Shown here in pieces: positions 32,960 to 38,929 of a stretch of 38,929 nucleotides of DNA. Source of the DNA: Octopus bimaculoides (lineage: Eukaryota); NCBI RefSeq assembly GCF_001194135.2, contig NC_068990.1:47962674-48001602 (forward strand), given 5' to 3'. The position numbers and the translations under genes were made by a program. The notes beneath the pieces are model-generated. The model did no database searches and was not told the DNA's origin. It saw only the letters and a program-made list of their open reading frames with translations. Numbering within the stretch: position 1 is the stretch's first letter; each line of letters starts with the position of its first letter.

Positions 32960-34067
32960 TGCTCAGAAAACAGATTCCATCACACTCCAGCTGGAGAAAC
33001 TAGAAGTAGTTGATAGCTTCCACTACCTATGTGACCAAGTTAGTAGTGGGGGTGGATGCTCAGAGAGTATTACCACTAGAATAAGAATAGCTTGGGCAAA
33101 GTTTAAAAAGCTTCTACCCCTACTTGTGACAAAAGGTCTCACACTCAGACTGAAAGGTAGACTGTATGATGCATGTGTGTGAACTACCATGCTCCATGGC
33201 AGTGAAACATGGGCCGTGACTATGGAGGACATGCGTAGACTCAAAAGAAATGAAGCTAGCATGATCTGCTGGATTTGTAATGTCAGTGTGCACACACGAC
33301 AGAGTGTAAGCGCCCTTTAGAGAAATGTTGGACACAAGAAGCATCTGATGTAGCATGCAAGAGAGACGTTTGCATTGGTATGGTCATGTACTATGGATGG
33401 ATGAGGAGAGATGTGTGAAGAAGTGACACTCCCAAACAGTTGAAGGAATCTGGGGCAGTGATAGACCCAGGAAGACATGGGATGAGGTGGTCAAGCATGA
33501 ACTTCAAACGTTAGGCCTCACAGAGGCAATGATGAATGACCATGACCTCTGGAGATATGCTGTGACTGCGAAGACCCGACAAATAAAGTGAGTTCACGGC
33601 ATATCCTACACCAGTGTCACATAACCAGCTCCAGCCCATTCAAGTACATTGGATCGTAGGGCGACCTGCTGTGCTTGAGGAGACCTATTGAGTAAAGTAC
33701 ATCAACATCAAAATAAAAATCAAATGGAAATTGTAATTGTGATACCTGTGCTGGTGGCATATAAAAAGCACCATCCAAAGGTGGCTGATGCCAGCGCCAC
33801 CTTGACTGGCTTCTGTGCCGGTGGCACGTAAAAAGCACCAACTGATTGTGGCAGTTGCTAGCCTCCCCTGGCCCCTGTGCCGGTGGCATGTAAAAAGCAC
33901 CCACTACACTCACGGAGTGGTTGGCGTTAGGAAGGGCATCCAGCTGTAGAAACACTGCCAGATCAGACTGGAGCCTGGTACAGCCTCCTGGCTTCCCAGA
34001 CCTCGGTTGAACCGTCCAACCCATGCTAGCATGGAAAACAGACGTTAAACAATGATAATGATGATGA

Positions 34068-34068
<1 letters not shown>
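32960..34068 (+). mobile_element. 5'-truncated RTE-clade LINE (RT C-terminus, 3'UTR, tail)
   Basis: [13 protein letters not shown]...[16 protein letters not shown]...GRLYDACV; repeated gtgccggtggcatgtaaaaagcacc; ccatgctagcatgg at 34021; (GAT)n tail. Confidence 0.92.
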
Positions 34069-34104
<36 letters not shown>

Positions 34105-34105
<1 letters not shown>

Positions 34106-37100
34106 ACCTTGTTCATATACTCGTTTCTGCGTAGATCATAAACCACCCCCGCCCTCGTTCTTTATAAGCTATCTATTTCTTTACCATGTAAACATAGTTC
34201 CGATAGCTTCGTCTTCCGTGTTTGTTGTTTTAAGTTCATGCATATCCGTTAATCGTTACATTTTATTTATTTTATTCAAGTTTATCATTCCGTTAATTCA
34301 TTCTCTCTAAATTTGTCTAACCATAGTATACAAGTGCAGAAGATGCTCTTGTCTAAACTTGCTGGATCATGGTACGCCCTCCCACCCCTCTCCACATGTA
34401 ACGGAAGTATCTATCCTCTGTCATCCTTGGTTGTCTCCTGCAAACACTTCTAAGGGCTTAATGCCATCTCCACCCTTACCTAAGGTTTATCGATCATATA
34501 GCGCATAAAAACGGTGTAGTGTATGCAGGTTGTAGAGTACTATTTGTTTATGAATTCTTCCAAATGCAAGCTTTCTTTTCAGGTACATGACACTGCAGTC
34601 CCTCATCCCAGGGTCTCACAGGCCCACACCCTCAGAGTTGGCACACTGAAAGGTAGGTCTGATGAGATTGTTGAGATGCTTCAACGGAGACGTGTAGATT
34701 TGTGCTGCATCCAAGAAGTAAGGTGGAGAGGAGGTTCTGAAAGGTTCCTCACAGGCAAAGAACACAGGTACAAGATTTTCTGGGTAGGGAACACTGATGG
34801 GGTCGGGGGCATGGGTATACTTCTTGCGGAGAAATGGGTTGATAAGGTAATCGAGGTAGTCAGAGTATGTGACAGAGTACTTAAGATTAGATTAGTGCTT
34901 CACCATAGGCTAGCTACCATTATCTCGGCCTATGCCCCTCAACCGGGGCTACCAGATGGGCAGAAAGACCGATTTTATGACACCCTATTGCAGACTACCT
35001 CATTGATGAATGACAGGGACCTTCTCTTTGTGGCTGGTGATTTCAATGGATATGCTGGACAACATGCAGGGGGCTTCCATGGCGTACATGGAGGCTATGG
35101 TTTTGCTTCCCGCAATGAAGAGGGAACCAGACTGCTGGAGTTCTGCAATGCAAATGATCTTATGGTTTGCAATACCAACTTCAGGAAACCCGCCTGTCAC
35201 CTAGTCACCTACTGTTCTGGCAGATACACTAGTCAAATTGACTACATCCTCGCCAGAAAAAGGGAAAGAGGGCTGCTTATAAATGTGAAAAACTTTCCAA
35301 GCGATTAGTAGTTAGCAACATAGATTAGTAGTTAGCAACTTCGGGATAAGGGCTAAATGGATGCCTAGAAGAAGACCAGCTTGGAGGAGAAGGGTCTGGA
35401 AGCTTAAAGATCCTGCAAATGGACAGAGATTTAGAGACGTATTACTCGAAGCCTTTGACGAAATAGAAGGGGATATAGCATCACACAATGTGGAAGACAA
35501 TTGGAGGTTTCTATGGGACAACCTGCTGAGAGCCACCGACCAGATCTGTGGTTGGTGCAAAGTCCCCTCTCGACCTAAGGTAATGTGATAGTGGAACAAT
35601 GTAGTTGACAGGGCTATTAGACAAAAGAAACAGGCTTGGAAGGACTGGAAGAACAGGGGTAGCAGGGAATTGCATCAGACTGCCAGAAAGGAAGCTAGGA
35701 GACAGGTTTATTTAGCCAGAGGGGAAGGGGATAAGAAAAATTTTGCCTATGTTCTGTGTCGTGAGGACCAAAGACTTGAAGTATTTCATGTTGCAAGACA
35801 GTCTGTGAGAGAGAATCGTGATGCCGTAGGAGAGAAATGTGTCCGCATGAATGATGGTTCACTTGCACTAAACAAGGCTGCTAAGAGAGAGGTTCGGAGA
35901 CACCACTATGAAAGGTTGCTCAATAAAGAGAATGAATGGGAGAAAGAGAGTTTGCCGAATGTCGACCCAACAGAGGACCAGCTATCCGAATTGACAGTAC
36001 CTTGGTAGATAAAGCAATTAAGAGTATGAAGACAGGGAAAGCCCCCCGGCCCATCAGGAATCACTGCTGAGATGCTTAAAATATCTGGTGGTCTAGTCAC
36101 CTGTATAGTCAACCAGGTGATACATGAAGGAGTCATACCCAATGACTGGTGTAGCAGCACCATAGTCAACTGCTACAAAGGTACAAGTGATGCTTTAGAT
36201 ACAAATAATTAGAGGTATCAAGTTGTTGGATCAGGTAAGGAAGGTCATGGAGAGGGTCATAGCCCAACTAATTAGGGAGAGAGTCAGTTAAGATGAGATG
36301 CAGTTTGGGTTCGTGCTTGGGAAAAGCACCACTGATGCTATATTTCTGGTAAGACAGCTGCAAGAGAAATACCTAGCCAAAGATAAACCTCTATACCTGG
36401 CTTTCGTTGACATGGAGAAAGCCTTTGACAGGGTTCCCTGATCCCTTATCTGGTGGTCAATGAGGAAACTAGGGATAGATGAATGGTTAGTGAGAGCTGT
36501 GTGAGCCATGTATAGGGACGCCGTCAGTAAGGTGAGGGTTGGCAACAAGTACAGTGAAGAATTCCGGGTAGAGGTAGGGGTCCACCAAGGGTCAGTCCTC
36601 ACCCCACTCCTATTTATCATAGTCTTCTAGGCGATCACAGAGGAATTCAAGACAGGATGCCACTGGGAGCTCCTCTATGCTGATGACCTTGCTCTAATTG
36701 CTGAGTCACTATCAGAACCAGAGGAGGAGTTTCAGGTGTGGAAGCAAGGATTAGAATCGAAGGGCCTTAGAGTCAACCTAGCTAAAACCAAAGTCCTAAT
36801 AAGTAGGAAGGTAGACACATCACAAACACCTTCAGGTAGATGGCCCTGCTCAGTATGCAGTAAAGGAGTAGGTAGAAACTCTATAAGATGTACCCAGTGT
36901 AAGCTATGGATGCATAAGAGGTGCAGCAATATCAAAGGAAGGCTAACTAGGAAGATAGTTTTTGTATGTGGCAGATGCTCAGGAGCAATAAACACTGAAA
37001 ATGTATAGAGAATAACTTCTGCCACATTCCAGGGAGAAAAACTAGACGTAGTTGATAGCTTCCGCTNNNNNNNNNNNNNNNNNNNNNNNNNNNNNNNNNN

Positions 37101-38328
37101 NNNNNNNNNNNNNNNNNNNNNNNNNNNNNNNNNNNNNNNNNNNNNNNNNNNNNNNNNNNNNNNNNNNNNNNNNNNNNNNNNNNNNNNNNNNNNNNNNNNN
37201 NNNNNNNNNNNNNNNNNNNNNNNNNNNNNNNNNNNNNNNNNNNNNNNNNNNNNNNNNNNNNNNNNNNNNNNNNNNNNNNNNNNNNNNNNNNNNNNNNNNN
37301 NNNNNNNNNNNNNNNNNNNNNNNNNNNNNNNNNNNNNNNNNNNNNNNNNNNNNNNNNNNNNNNNNNNNNNNNNNNNNNNNNNNNNNNNNNNNNNNNNNNN
37401 NNNNNNNNNNNNNNNNNNNNNNNNNNNNNNNNNNNNNNNNNNNNNNNNNNNNNNNNNNNNNNNNNNNNNNNNNNNNNNNNNNNNNNNNNNNNNNNNNNNN
37501 NNNNNNNNNNNNNNNNNNNNNNNNNNNNNNNNNNNNNNNNNNNNNNNNNNNNNNNNNNNNNNNNNNNNNNNNNNNNNNNNNNNNNNNNNNNNNNNNNNNN
37601 NNNNNNNNNNNNNNNNNNNNNNNNNNNNNNNNNNNNNNNNNNGACAAGTGAGACCATAACCCGTGGCCTTTACCAGGGGTGTAGCCAGCCCACTTATGCA
37701 TACCTTACCTTCTTTAGACACAACACTCACCTTGCGAAGGCCTTTTGAGGCAAGTGAAATCAAAATCGAATTCGAAATCGCACCAAATTCGACGATTGGC
37801 ACTCATGCCAACCTTCCTTCATTGGACACTAAACTCTGCTTCCAAAGACCTGTTTGGGCAAGTGAAATCAAAATTGAACCAAATTCAATGACTGGCACCC
37901 GTGCCAGTGGAGCGCTAACAGCTCCATCCGAGCGGGATCACTGCCAAAGAGGCTGTCTGGCTTCCGTGCCGGTGGCATGTAAAAAGTACCATTTGAGCGT
38001 GATTGTTACCAGCGTCGCCTTACTGGCATGTGAACAAAACATTTTAGCGAGGTCGTTGCCAGTGCCACTGGACTGACTCCTGTGCAGGTGGCACATAAAA
38101 AACGCCATTTGAGCATGGCCAGTACCGCCAGACTGGCCCTCGTGCTGGTGGTACGTAAAAGCACCCATTACACTCTCGGAGCGGTTGGCATTAGGAAGAG
38201 CATCCAACTGTAGAAACTCTGCCAGATCAGACTGGAGCCTGGTGCAGCCATCTGGTTCGCCAGTCCTCAGTCAAATCGTCCAACCCATGCTAGCATGGAA
38301 AACGGATGTTAAACGATGATGATGATGA
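34105..38328 (+). mobile_element. Near-full-length decayed RTE-clade LINE (APE, RT, PHD-like finger), partly in an N-gap
   Basis: APE motifs VGTLKGR, CCIQEVRW, ISAYAPQ, VAGDFNG, SQIDYIL; RT motifs APGPSGI, MQFGF, AFVDMEKAFDRV, GVHQGSVLTPLLF, LLYADDL, VNLAKTK; 3'UTR; palindrome 38285-38298; (GAT)n tail. Several stops. 5' end approximate. Confidence 0.92.
37067..37642. other. Assembly gap inside the RTE LINE
   Basis: N run. Its size is similar to the corresponding RT C-terminal segment in the 33.0-33.6 kb copy. Confidence 0.99.
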
Positions 38329-38929
38329 AGGGTAATAAGAAATATTAGAAATTTCTACTACAGTGGCTTAGCGTGTAAAAATTTAGTCCAAATGCTATAT
38401 ATTATTCATATAAATACAGTGTACATTTAAACACATAAGAGGTATCCATCATAGGATTTTTGCATGCTAGAAAGAACAGCTATGTTCCAAACCACTATTA
38501 GGGATAAAACTTCGAAGGGAATGAAAAATAAAAACATACACACACACACACACACACACACTCATATAATGATAATAATATTAGGGATAAAAATACAAAT
38601 TTACAGGTAAAAACTCAATTAAATTCAATTTATCAAAAATTAAAATTATATTAAGTTTCACAGTATATAATATATGAATATATAATTTAGAGAAAAGAAC
38701 GAAAGTTCATGAACTCATCCATGAAAATCCACAATCACATATAAAAAAAATTAATAAGTAAATACATGATAAATAAGTATAATAAAATACAAAGTAAAAA
38801 TCATAAAATTATAATATTAAATGACTATACGTGTTTCATAACCAAGTTTTCAAATAGAAAATAAAATATAATCAAATCGATTAAAATGATCAAAAATCAA
38901 TTCTATTCAAAAATATAGCTAATCTTCAG

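Noticed and set aside
34105-34570. Possible HDV-like ribozyme in the RTE 5' region, as known for some RTEs
   Set aside because: Could not identify the nested double pseudoknot by eye; needs an RNAMotif or Infernal search.
1-38929. CRISPR arrays, rRNA, prokaryotic operons or defence systems
   Set aside because: The sequence is intron-rich eukaryotic DNA; no regularly spaced repeat-spacer array or rRNA similarity was seen.

Overview
AT-rich, repeat-dense eukaryotic scaffold with four N-gaps. The repeat families look like those of an Octopus/coleoid cephalopod genome; this is pattern recognition, not a database result. The window holds seven in-frame, GT-AG-bounded coding exons of an intact SLC22-family (MFS) organic ion transporter on the minus strand (32083 down to 2703, 1205 nt). 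Its first and last exons are not identified here. The introns contain a decayed near-full-length L1/Tx1 LINE, three RTE-clade LINE copies with a PHD-like finger inside the RT, a TIR-intact mariner, a Tc1/mariner-type MITE, tandem non-autonomous Helitron-like copies, a 5'-truncated Penelope-like element, many tRNA-derived SINEs and microsatellites. The most interesting signal is a set of four Penelope-type minimal hammerhead ribozyme motifs plus one edge-truncated candidate, all on the host-gene sense strand. One (26903-26963) has an intact catalytic core, and another (4521-4566) forms the tail of a tRNA-headed SINE-like element. All alignments and folds were done by eye, so repeat boundaries are approximate.
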